From positions 993 to 64,992 of the forward strand of contig JANQMA010000017.1 of NCBI GenBank assembly GCA_028280285.1: a stretch of 64,000 nucleotides of DNA. Reading direction: 5' to 3'. Both the position numbers and the translations under genes were made by a program. Below the pieces are notes generated by a model. The model was not told the origin of the DNA. It ran no database searches and worked only from the letters and a program-made list of their open reading frames with translations. Positions 29,950 to 41,500 of the stretch are shown piece by piece. Origin of the DNA: Candidatus Omnitrophota bacterium. GTDB lineage: Bacteria > Omnitrophota > Gorgyraeia > Zapsychrales > Zapsychraceae. Positions within the stretch are counted from its first letter, which is position 1. Every line of letters begins with the position of its first letter.

Positions 29950-31974
29950 ATGGATCAATTCAAACTAGTTTCAAAATTCAAACCTGTCACCGAACAGCTG
30001 GATGCGGTCGATAAGCTCGTTCAAAACATTAAGGGCGGCACAAAAGATCAGGTTCTCCTCGGGGTAACCGGGAGCGGTAAAACATTCACCCTCGCCAATG
30101 TGATTGAGAAGATCAACCGTCCGACGCTCGTTATAAGCCACAATAAAACCCTTGCCGCTCAACTCTATAGCGAATTTAAAGAATTCTTTCCCCATAATGC
30201 GGTTGAGTATTTCGTGAGTTATTACGACTATTATCAACCGGAAGCCTATGTTCCCCAAACCGATATTTATATCGAGAAGGATGCTTCGATCAATGACCGG
30301 CTGGACCGTCTGCGTCTTGCGTCAACCACATCGCTTATGACCAGACGTGATGTTATTATTGTGGCGAGCGTTTCTTGTATTTACAATCTTGGTTCGCCTG
30401 AAGATTATGCACAGTTTTTACTTTATTTGAATGTTGGTGATGAAATTGAGCGCGATCAGGTGCTGGAGAAGCTGGTCGACATACAGTATGAACGCAGCGA
30501 TATGGATTTTAGGCGCGGTTCTTTCCGCGTGCGTGGGGATGTGGTCGAGGTTTATCCGGCATACCGGCAGGACGGCCTTAGAATTGAATTTTTCGGGGAT
30601 GAGATTGAAAAGATCAAACAAATTCATCCGCTGACAGGTGATGTGATTGCCGAACTTGATAAAATTGCCGTGTATCCGGCGAAACATTTTATCATCGGTC
30701 ATGAGCGCATTGACGCGGCCATGGTTGAAATCGAAACAGAACTGAAAGAACAACTTAAAGTATTAAATAAAAAAGGCAAGCTCGCCGAGGCGCAAAGACT
30801 TGAGTCGCGCACGAAATACGATATGGAAATGATGAAAGAGATGGGCTATTGCAACGGGATTGAAAACTATTCACGTGTCTTATCCGGCCGCCCACCGGGG
30901 TCCAGGCCGTATTCGCTCATTGATTATTTCCCGGACGATTTTGTAACGCTGATTGATGAGTCGCATGTAACCGTTCCACAGGTTAACGGGATGTATAACG
31001 GCGACCGCGCGCGTAAAACAACGCTTGTTGATTATGGTTTCCGTCTGCCGTCGTGTTTGGATAATCGTCCGCTTAAATTTGCTGAATTTGAAAAATTAAT
31101 CAGTCAGACTATTTATGTCTCCGCTACACCCGGGCCTTATGAGCAGAAAAAAGGCAAAGGAAATCTGGTCGAGCAGATTATCCGTCCGACGGGGATTGTT
31201 GATCCGCCGATTGAAGTGCGCAAGACCGAAGGGCAAATCGATGATTTGATGAATGAAATCAAAAAGCGGGCCAAGGCCAATGAGCGTGTGCTGGTTACAA
31301 CGCTGACCAAACGAATGTCGGAAGATTTAACGGAGTATCTGCAGGATAACAGTATTAAGGTAAAATATTTGCATTCCGACATTGAAACCATTGATCGTAC
31401 GAAAATCCTGCAGGATCTGCGGCTTAAAAAATATGACTGCCTTGTCGGGGTTAACCTTTTGCGTGAAGGTTTGGATTTGCCGGAAGTCTCTCTTGTGGCG
31501 ATACTCGATGCGGATAAGCAAGGCTTTTTACGTTCGCAGACTTCACTCATTCAAACAGCCGGGCGCGCTGCGCGTAATGTCAACGGCATTGTTATTATGT
31601 ATGCCGATACGATAAGCCAAGCGATGAAAGATACGATGGCCGAGTGTGAGCGCCGGCGTAAGATCCAACTCGCGTTTAATAAAAAGCATAATGTCACACC
31701 GCAGACGATTAAGCGGGCTATCCGCCAGGGAATTGAAGTGTTGGCCGACGAGGTCGAAGAAGTGGTGCTTGATGCGGCCGGCCAGGACAAAGAAGAGTTT
31801 GCTTTTGCCAATTCAATTGCCGCACTTGAACGGGAAATGGAAAATGCGGCGCGCAATTTACAATTTGAGAAAGCCGCCAAGTTTCGTGATAGAATAAAAG
31901 CATTACAGGAAAGCCTCGGGGAGCCGTTGGCCGAGCCGAGCGTGCGTAGGCGAAGAAAGAAATCTAAAAAGTGA
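29950..31974 (+). CDS. uvrB: excinuclease ABC subunit B
   Basis: Walker [10 protein letters not shown], helicase motifs, the UvrB beta-hairpin region and a C-terminal UVR domain ([27 protein letters not shown]). The stop codon lies inside a palindromic element. Confidence 0.95.
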   Translation: MDQFKLVSKFKPVTEQLDAVDKLVQNIKGGTKDQVLLGVTGSGKTFTLANVIEKINRPTLVISHNKTLAAQLYSEFKEFFPHNAVEYFVSYYDYYQPEAYVPQTDIYIEKDASINDRLDRLRLASTTSLMTRRDVIIVASVSCIYNLGSPEDYAQFLLYLNVGDEIERDQVLEKLVDIQYERSDMDFRRGSFRVRGDVVEVYPAYRQDGLRIEFFGDEIEKIKQIHPLTGDVIAELDKIAVYPAKHFIIGHERIDAAMVEIETELKEQLKVLNKKGKLAEAQRLESRTKYDMEMMKEMGYCNGIENYSRVLSGRPPGSRPYSLIDYFPDDFVTLIDESHVTVPQVNGMYNGDRARKTTLVDYGFRLPSCLDNRPLKFAEFEKLISQTIYVSATPGPYEQKKGKGNLVEQIIRPTGIVDPPIEVRKTEGQIDDLMNEIKKRAKANERVLVTTLTKRMSEDLTEYLQDNSIKVKYLHSDIETIDRTKILQDLRLKKYDCLVGVNLLREGLDLPEVSLVAILDADKQGFLRSQTSLIQTAGRAARNVNGIVIMYADTISQAMKDTMAECERRRKIQLAFNKKHNVTPQTIKRAIRQGIEVLADEVEEVVLDAAGQDKEEFAFANSIAALEREMENAARNLQFEKAAKFRDRIKALQESLGEPLAEPSVRRRRKKSKK

Positions 31975-32030
31975 TCAGTGGTCTGTGATCACAAATATTA
32001 ACTGACCACAGAACACAGACAACAGACCAC
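31969..32030. repeat. GTGGTCYGTG-family palindromic element, copy 2 (contains the uvrB stop codon)
   Basis: GTGATCAGTGGTCTGTGATCAC ... GACCACAGAACACAGACAACAGACCAC. Confidence 0.85.
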
Positions 32031-32037
32031 AAATATT

Positions 32038-32802
32038 ATGAATATTTTAGCCATCGACATAGGCAATACCACCATTCAATCCGCGATTGTGAGCAAACGC
32101 TCGGTTAAACCGCTCACGCCTGTTAATACGAATCTTTCTGCAGCTGTGCTCAAGACAAAGCTAACCTCCGTTGCCCGTCAAGCCAAGCGGCAAGGGGGCA
32201 ATATCAAAGAAGTTATTATCTGCAGTGTTGTGCCAAAGGCATCGCAAATCGTTAAGCGCATTATGCATCAAACACTAGGTATTCAAGTCAATATTGTCGG
32301 GATCGATATGCGGGTCCCGATTAAAAACAATTACCGTCCGCAAAAAGCAGTCGGTCAAGATCGGTTGGTCGGGGCGTTTGCGGCCCAGGCTATTTACGGC
32401 ACACCGGCGATTGTCATCGATTTAGGGACGGCTATTACCTTTGATGTGATTAACAAAAAAGGCATTTATGAAGGTGGCATCATTGTGCCGGGCATTCGCC
32501 TGTCAGCCGAAAGCCTGTTTAACAAAACAGCGCTCCTTCCGAGTATAAACACCATTGAAGCCCCACGCAGCTTAATCGGACAAAGCACCAAAGAAAGTAT
32601 TCTCAGTGGTGTTTTTCATGGCTATGGCGCCATGTGCTCCGGGTTGATCGATCAGCTCAGGGCCAAAAAGTACAAAAAAGCCAAAGTCATTGTCACCGGC
32701 GGACATACCAAGCTCATGCAAAAATATATCTCGGCCAAGATCAATGTGATTGATGAACATCTGGTCTTTAAAGGGCTGTATTTGCTTTCCAAGCGCAGTT
32801 AA
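32038..32802 (+). CDS. coaX: type III pantothenate kinase
   Basis: MNILAIDIGNTTIQ... ASKHA-fold N-terminus and GGHTKLM. Confidence 0.85.
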   Translation: MNILAIDIGNTTIQSAIVSKRSVKPLTPVNTNLSAAVLKTKLTSVARQAKRQGGNIKEVIICSVVPKASQIVKRIMHQTLGIQVNIVGIDMRVPIKNNYRPQKAVGQDRLVGAFAAQAIYGTPAIVIDLGTAITFDVINKKGIYEGGIIVPGIRLSAESLFNKTALLPSINTIEAPRSLIGQSTKESILSGVFHGYGAMCSGLIDQLRAKKYKKAKVIVTGGHTKLMQKYISAKINVIDEHLVFKGLYLLSKRS

Positions 32803-32873
32803 ATCAACCACTTACATTTCAATTTCAATTCTTCTGAAAATAACTCTTGACAAAAATTGAAAATTTTCTTAAA

Positions 32874-32900
32874 TTAGCACTTCAAAAATGAGAGTGCCAG
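32874..32900 (+). promoter_or_regulatory. CIRCE-like operator (HrcA binding site) upstream of groES
   Basis: TTAGCACTT-N9-GAGTGCCAG against the consensus TTAGCACTC-N9-GAGTGCTAA. Preceded by a sigma70-like CTTGACA (32846-32852). Confidence 0.7.
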
Positions 32901-32907
32901 TTTAACT

Positions 32908-32975
32908 TTGGTACTTAGTACATGGGCCCTGGGACTTGGGTTTACCAAGTCCTAAGTCCCAAGTTCTAAGTCCAG
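32908..32975. repeat. AAGTCC/GGACTT-family palindromic element, copy 2 (in the groESL 5' UTR between CIRCE and the Shine-Dalgarno)
   Basis: GGTACTTAGTACATGGGCCCTGGGACTTGGG ... CCAAGTCCTAAGTCCCAAGTTCTAAGTCC. Confidence 0.8.
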
Positions 32976-33026
32976 TTCACCCATTACAGACCAAAATTAT
33001 TTCCAAAATAAGAAGGAGGAAGTAAA

Positions 33027-33314
33027 GTGAAAATCAAACCATTAGGAGACAGAGTATTAATCGAGCCTTTCGCGGCGGAAGAAATTACGGCGGGTGGCAT
33101 TGTTTTGCCTGATACGGCAAAAGAAAAACGTGCTGAAGGTAAAGTGATTGCTGTCGGCGCAGGGAAAACAACAGAAGACGGAAAAACAGTTCCTGTTGCA
33201 GTGAAGGTTGGCGATAAAGTGATTTACAGCCAATACGGCGGTAATGAAATTAAAGCCGATGGTAAAGATTTATTGATCGTCCGTGAAGATGATATCTACG
33301 CAGTAGTAGGTTAA
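33027..33314 (+). CDS. groES: co-chaperonin GroES
   Basis: GTG start with GGAGGA Shine-Dalgarno. [13 protein letters not shown]...GGIVLPD...GKVIAVG is a classic Cpn10. Confidence 0.95.
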   Translation: MKIKPLGDRVLIEPFAAEEITAGGIVLPDTAKEKRAEGKVIAVGAGKTTEDGKTVPVAVKVGDKVIYSQYGGNEIKADGKDLLIVREDDIYAVVG

Positions 33315-33322
33315 TTATATAA

Positions 33323-34987
<1,665 letters not shown>

Positions 34988-35011
34988 TTCCTTGCGCAGG
35001 AAATAGATAAA

Positions 35012-35083
35012 TGGTGGTCTGTGTTCTGTGGTCTGTGTTCAGTTAAATGAACGACTGATCACAGATCACGGACCACAGATCAC
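35012..35083. repeat. GTGGTCYGTG-family palindromic element, copy 3 (intergenic, after groEL)
   Basis: GGTGGTCTGTGTTCTGTGGTCTGTGTTC ... GATCACAGATCACGGACCACAGATCAC. Confidence 0.85.
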
Positions 35084-35242
35084 ATAATATCACTAAAACC
35101 AGTCATTCTCGTGGCTGGTTTTATTTATATATTGACTTTTCAAAAAAATACGGTATCATATATGCTTATAATTTAGACTTAGGTTTTCTCTATATTAGAG
35201 ACTTAAGTTTATATATATCAATGGTTTAGAAAGGATTCACCC

Positions 35243-36403
35243 ATGGCCGAATGGATCGGCATTGATCGCCGGGCAAGGCGTTGTTACGGATTTGATGAAG
35301 TTTCGCTTGTCCCGGGCATGACCAGTATCAACCCGAACGAAGTTGATACCAGCTGTGAGATTGCGGGTATTAAATTCAAGGTTCCGATTCTGGCGGCGGC
35401 TATGGATGGTGTGGTCGATGTCAAATTTGCGATCGCTATGGGCAAACTTGGCGGCATCGCCGTTCTCAATCTGGACGGCGTGCAGACACGCTATGCTGAT
35501 CCCAATGAAATTTTGGGTGAAATCGTTGAGGCAACACCCGAAAAGGCCACAGAACTTCTTCAAAAGCTTTATCAACCAAAAGTCAAAACAGATTTAATCG
35601 CCAAGCGTGTCGAGGAAATTAAAAAAGCTAAGGTGCCGGCGGTTGTCAGCTGTATTCCTCAAAACGCCGAGAAGTTTTCTAAAATCGCGGCAGAGGCCGG
35701 AGCGGATTTATTTATCGTCCAGTCACAAGTATCATCCCCAACACATATCTCGACGGAATACAAGGTTGTTGATTACGGAAAATTATGCAAGGCAAGCAGT
35801 GTGCCGATTGCTATCGGTAATGCGGTTACCTATAAAATGTCACTCGAGTTGATGGAGCTTGGGGCCAGCGCGATTCTCATCGGTGTCGGGCCGGGTGCGG
35901 CGTGTACAACACGCGGTGTTTTAGGTATCGGTGTTCCGCAAATTACAGCGACGGTGGATTCGGCTGCGGCACGCGATCATTTTTATAAAAAGACAGGGAA
36001 ATACGTTCCGATTATCACCGACGGCGGTATGCGTATCGGTGGGGAGATTTGTAAAGCGTTTGCGTCGGGGGCTGACTCTGTTATGGTCGGCTCAGCGTTT
36101 GCACGGGCCGAAGAAGCGCCGGGACGCGGCTATCATTGGGGTATGGCCACATCGCATGCGAACCTGCCGCGCGGCACACGTATTTATGTGGGGACAACCG
36201 GAACAGTGGAAGAGATTTTATTTGGCCCGGCCAAGGTGGATGACGGGTCGCAGAATTTGGTTGGGGCGCTTCAGACATCCATGGGATCTTTAGGGGCAGC
36301 CAACATCAAAGCAATGCATGATGTGGAAATGATTATTGCACCATCCATACAGACCGAGGGAAAAGTTTTCCAAAAAGGTCAAGGCGTTGGGATGGGCAAG
36401 TAA
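35243..36403 (+). CDS. guaB: IMP dehydrogenase-family protein lacking the CBS subdomain
   Basis: Catalytic loop [20 protein letters not shown] with the active-site Cys. 386 aa, with no CBS pair. Immediately upstream of guaA. Confidence 0.75.
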   Translation: MAEWIGIDRRARRCYGFDEVSLVPGMTSINPNEVDTSCEIAGIKFKVPILAAAMDGVVDVKFAIAMGKLGGIAVLNLDGVQTRYADPNEILGEIVEATPEKATELLQKLYQPKVKTDLIAKRVEEIKKAKVPAVVSCIPQNAEKFSKIAAEAGADLFIVQSQVSSPTHISTEYKVVDYGKLCKASSVPIAIGNAVTYKMSLELMELGASAILIGVGPGAACTTRGVLGIGVPQITATVDSAAARDHFYKKTGKYVPIITDGGMRIGGEICKAFASGADSVMVGSAFARAEEAPGRGYHWGMATSHANLPRGTRIYVGTTGTVEEILFGPAKVDDGSQNLVGALQTSMGSLGAANIKAMHDVEMIIAPSIQTEGKVFQKGQGVGMGK

Positions 36404-36422
36404 AATACAAACAGGTGGTAAA

Positions 36423-38273
36423 ATGGTAAAAAAAGCGACAAAGAAAAAGGCAGTAAAAGCAAAAAAGGCTGTAAAAACCAAAGCAGCTAAACGGACAGCA
36501 GCCAAAAAGGTAGCGCCAAAGAAGACGGTTAAGACGGTAGCGAAGAAAAAAGCGGTTAAGAAGGCAGCGAAAAAGGTGGCAAAGAAGGCGCCGGCTAAAA
36601 AAACAAAACAAAAATCCGTCTCAGGTCTTAAGACACGTTTCCGTGTTAATCCTAAAAAGCGCATTGGAAAACTGCCAAAACTCAAATCCGTTAAGTCGCG
36701 TATCGGAACAACGATTAAGATTCGCAAGATCCGCAATAAAGATGTAATTATCATTCTTGATTTTGGTTCGCAATACACACAACTGATTGCCCGTCGTATT
36801 CGCGAGAATAAAGTTTATTCCAAAATCGTTCCTTATAATATTACACCGGAAGAAATACAAGAAATAAAACCAAAGGGGATTATTCTTTCCGGGGGGCCAA
36901 TTAGTGTTTATGACGAGAATGCCCCGCGTCCTAATCCGGGGATCTTTGAACTTGATTTGCCTGTACTTGGTATTTGCTACGGCATGCAGGTGATTACAGA
37001 GATGTTTAACGGTAAGGTTAAGAAAAGTGCCGAGCGGGAGTTTGGCCGCGCCGAGCTTTTTATCGACAGTAATAAAGATCTATTCCAAAATCTGCCGTCG
37101 AATTTGACATGCTGGATGAGCCATAGCGATGAGCTTAAGAAAATGCCAGACGGGTTTGTTAAGCTGGCGCATACGCTTAATGCAGATTGTGCGGCCTTTG
37201 CCAATCGCCGTAAAAAGATTTATGGTGTTCAGTTTCATCCGGAAGTTGTGCATACACAACGCGGCGAGCAAATCCTCAACAACTTTGTTTTTTCTATTTG
37301 TGGATCGCTGCCTCGCTGGACCATGGACCGTTTTATTAATGCAACGGTTAAACAGATTAAAGAAAAGGTAGGCAATAAAAAAGTCGTGCTTGGTTTAAGC
37401 GGCGGGGTGGATTCATCGGTGGCGGCTGTTCTGTTGCAAAGGGCCATTGGTAAAAAGCTGTATTGTATTTTTGTCGACAATGGATTATTGCGTAAAGGCG
37501 AGGTGGAGAAGGTCACCAAGACGTTTAAAGAGAACTTTAAAATGAATTTAACGGTGGCCAATGCCGAGAAAGGATTTTTAAAACGTCTGGCGGGCATCGA
37601 AGATCCGGAAGAAAAACGCAAAATTATCGGCGATGAATTTGTTAAAGTTTTTCTTGAAAAATCCAAGCGCGTTAAAAACGTTGGGTTTCTCGGGCAAGGT
37701 ACTTTGTATCCGGATGTGATTGAGTCGATTTCACCGACGGGCGGACCTTCGGCGGTCATCAAATCGCATCATAATGTTGGCGGTCTGCCGAAAGATTTAA
37801 AGCTCGAGTTAATCGAGCCTTTCCGTGAGTTGTTTAAAGATGAAGTACGTGCCATCGGTAAAAAAATCGATGTGCCGGAGTCCATCATTAATCGTCAACC
37901 GTTTCCAGGCCCCGGGCTTGCTGTCCGTATTCTCGGCGAGGTCACCAAAGAGCGTCTTGATATTCTGCGTGAGGCTGATCAGCGGTTCCTCGATGAGATT
38001 AAAAAGGCTGGACTTTACGATGAGATCTGGCAGGCCTTTGCCGTGCTTCTGCCGGTTAAGACAGTCGGGGTGATGGGGGATCAACGTACGTATGAAAATG
38101 TGATTGCGCTGCGCGCGGTCACATCGGTCGACGGGATGACAGCTGACTGGGCGCAGATTCCGCATGAAACACTTGCCAAAGTTTCCAACCGCATTATCAA
38201 TGAAGTGCCCGGTGTCAACCGTGTGGTCTATGATATCAGCTCCAAACCACCAGCGACGATTGAGTGGGAGTAA
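36423..38273 (+). CDS. guaA: GMP synthase (glutamine-hydrolysing) with an in-frame N-terminal Lys/Ala-rich histone-H1-like extension of about 95 aa
   Basis: GATase ([20 protein letters not shown]...CYGMQ...HPE), ATP-PPase ([10 protein letters not shown]) and the C-terminal dimerisation domain (..PATIEWE). The only upstream in-frame start is the ATG at 36423 ([15 protein letters not shown]...). There is no ATG/GTG/TTG between the KA-rich repeat and the GATase N-terminus, so the extension is translationally fused. Confidence 0.8.
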   Translation: MVKKATKKKAVKAKKAVKTKAAKRTAAKKVAPKKTVKTVAKKKAVKKAAKKVAKKAPAKKTKQKSVSGLKTRFRVNPKKRIGKLPKLKSVKSRIGTTIKIRKIRNKDVIIILDFGSQYTQLIARRIRENKVYSKIVPYNITPEEIQEIKPKGIILSGGPISVYDENAPRPNPGIFELDLPVLGICYGMQVITEMFNGKVKKSAEREFGRAELFIDSNKDLFQNLPSNLTCWMSHSDELKKMPDGFVKLAHTLNADCAAFANRRKKIYGVQFHPEVVHTQRGEQILNNFVFSICGSLPRWTMDRFINATVKQIKEKVGNKKVVLGLSGGVDSSVAAVLLQRAIGKKLYCIFVDNGLLRKGEVEKVTKTFKENFKMNLTVANAEKGFLKRLAGIEDPEEKRKIIGDEFVKVFLEKSKRVKNVGFLGQGTLYPDVIESISPTGGPSAVIKSHHNVGGLPKDLKLELIEPFRELFKDEVRAIGKKIDVPESIINRQPFPGPGLAVRILGEVTKERLDILREADQRFLDEIKKAGLYDEIWQAFAVLLPVKTVGVMGDQRTYENVIALRAVTSVDGMTADWAQIPHETLAKVSNRIINEVPGVNRVVYDISSKPPATIEWE

Positions 38274-38519
38274 CTTAGTGAACAGTGAACAGAAGGGGAA
38301 TACTTCTATTCACTAGCTGTTCCCTGTTCCCTAACACATCTCTTTTCCCATCCCATTATTTTTTGCATTAATATTAATATATGTAATACTTGCAATATTA
38401 ATGAGCATTTAATTTACACGACCATAAGGAAGTGTAAATTAGAAATGCGAATTAATCCCGAGTTGCTCTCGCTAAATGTCTGCAACGAGGGATCTTACAA
38501 TCAATAAGGATTAATATTC

Positions 38520-41500
38520 GTGAAACGCACTCACTGGACATATAGATGCATTGCACTTGTCGTAAGCTGTTTATTTACAGTTACTTCGATAAATCCCGTC
38601 TATGCCCAGATGCAACCTACCCAGGCCATTGCTCCTAAACCATTGCCTTTAAATGTGTTAAGTCAACCCTATGAACCGATTTTGATCAAAGGCCTTAAGG
38701 TCAATCAGACCAATCCATTTGAGATGGAGTTTATTGTAAGTGATCCGTGGTCCGTGGTCCGTGGTCAGCGGAATACTGATCACAGACCACAGAGCACAGA
38801 CCACCTAGAGCAGGAGTCTACTCAATTAATTAAATACTTCCTTGCCGCTTTAACCACTCCCGAGCAAGACATGTGGGTCAACCTATCCCCGTATGAGAAG
38901 AATCGGATTATTCCAGAGTCATTTGGTCGGACAGAAATGGGACGGGAGCTGCTTGTACAGGACTATCTTTTAAAACAGGTTACAGCATCATTGCTTCATC
39001 CGGATGGGGAGTATGGACAAGAGTTTTGGAGTAAAATAGCAACCCAAACATCGGAGGACATACCATTAGAATTATTCAATAAGGTCTGGATCATGCCGGA
39101 TAAAGCGGTGGTGTATGAGAATGAAGGGATAGCGTATGTGGTAGAGGCGAGTCTTAAGGTTATGTTGGAGGAAGATTACCTTGCGCAGCAAAAGAGTGGT
39201 CCGTGGTCCGTGGTCAGTGATCTGTCAAAAAATACGACCACAGATCACAGAACACAGACCACACAAATCATTCGTGAAACAATCATTCCCGCTATCGAAA
39301 CCGAGGTCAACAATAGCAAGAATTTCGCCAAGCTCCGCCAGATCTATCACAGCCTCATCCTGGCGACATGGTACAAGAAAAAGATGCAAAACGCGATTTT
39401 AACCCAAGTCTATGCCGATCAAAACAAGACTAATGGTGTAAGCCACAATGATCCTAAAGCAGCTGAAAAAATCTGGCAAGAGTACACCAAGACATTTAAA
39501 GAAGGGGCGTATAACTTTATCAAAGAAGAATACGATCCACAGACTCAGCAAATCGTTCCACGGAAGTATTTCAGCGGGGGGATGGCGATGGAGGTTGTGC
39601 TATCAGAACCGGCAGCGCTTACATCACAACAACAAGAGACTATTCCCGACAACGCCTACCTCGTCCGTGTTGCGTTAAACGAATTGACTCCCGATTCTGA
39701 TAGCGCGGCAATGGTTAAGAAAAAATCAGCGGATGATTTTAAATATAATGTCAATATAAGGACCCCCAAATTACAGGATCAACTCCCAGGGTTAGCAAAA
39801 AAACGGGAACAGACAAAGAAGGCACTTATTGGTTATTTCAATCAAATGATACATCATAATCCATTTGAAATGCCGAAATTTAATGTGAATTATAATCGAA
39901 TCATGCATTTACTACGACATATGATAGGGTTTGATGCTATTGGATTCTCATTTTCTGAACAAGATCCTGATGGCTTTATTACAAAAGCTGCGGTTTCTAA
40001 TGTGCTTATCCCTTTAATTGAACAAACAAAATTTCCTTTGTCTGTTGACCGTATGACACAATTTGTATTAGAGGCAAATTTAGATAATGAACGTCAGTTT
40101 AAATATATCGAAGCGCTTAATGATTTTAAAGTTTTTGCTACTTCTTATTCGGAAGGCGCCGAAAACGCAGCGTTGACAGCGCCCGCTCCCGACCCCGCCG
40201 TGATGACGCAAGAGGAACAACTTTCTATCGATCCGGCATCACTTGCTGAGTTAGCATTGGCTATGACTGAAAAGGATGTTCAAGATATCGCTGAAGTAGC
40301 CCGGTTGATAAAACAGAACTCCGATCATTATGCAAAAATATTGCTCAAAGAATATAACCAAACCAAAGACCAATTCAAAAATCGAGAAGAAATAATAAAG
40401 ATTGACGCTGTTGTAGACGATCCGACAATCCAGAAATTAATAAAAATATTTAAACGGATAAGCCGTAAAACAGGGAAAGAAAACAGCCGTAATGTTTCGC
40501 GTAGTTTAATGGGCTTAATTTATTTCTATAAATATATAACATATTTATATAAGCCCAAATATCAAATGGATGTTATAAGTGACATATCATTAAATATACT
40601 TTTGGGGGATATAATTAGGGAAAGCAATACTAAGAGAGGCCTTAAATCTTCCACCATTCCTATAGAAGATCAAATGCGCAATGTTGTTTTAGATTTTGCC
40701 GATAATTTAGGCAATTTGGTTGGGCGGATCAATGCACTGCCAAAAGCGAACACTACAGAGTTTGCACAAGTGTGGGCCTCTATGATTAATGAGGATAATT
40801 TTACCAGGGCAGATCTTTATCAGAACATAAAATCTTTTGGCAGGGTTTTAGAAGCGCGACGCGGGCGTTTTTTAACATTCTTAAGAGCAGACCGCAGCTT
40901 AACACGTGAAGCAAAAGAAACGTTGATTCTAAAAGCGCTTGCAATGAATCAAGAAGGGAAGGATCCAAAGGCAATTGTGGATGAATTAATGCAAGTGTGG
41001 ATTCCTCAATTTAAACGCAGTGAAGCAATATATGGTGTGCTAAGGATGACCGGCTGGGAATCAGAAATTCATAGATACCAATGGGGTGAATATGCAAAAT
41101 ATGCCCCTTTTCCTGTTCGGGAAATCACCAATGTCTACCGGGATATTGTTGGTATGCATTTAGATCCTCATATTTCCTCACATGATTGGACAGAGTATGT
41201 CGGACGTCCGGCACTCTCCTGGTTTGTTCAGTGGAAAAAAATAGAAGCCATGACTCAATTGAGTTTTATACCACTTGAAGATCCGGATGGTAATTTGATT
41301 TACAATGATTTGCAGGTTAATGGGGTTATCCCCGAGGAAATTTTAAAACTTGTTTATAAGGACGTTCATCCGCTGGCAACTATTTCCGGTACAGAAGATA
41401 AAAAGTGGAGGACGGAACGATGGCAGTTATATAAGGGCCATTACTATCCACCACTCGAAAGTGAATGGATAGAGTTTGTCAAAATGCTGCTCTATTCCTC

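Noticed and set aside
36290-36778. 162-aa and 92-aa minus-strand ORFs (also 36333..36611) antisense to the Lys/Ala-rich region
   Set aside because: They mirror the low-complexity AAG/GCN repeat of the + strand KA-rich coding region (poly-F/L/C translation). They have no Shine-Dalgarno and are embedded in a well-supported + strand gene. Antisense artefact.
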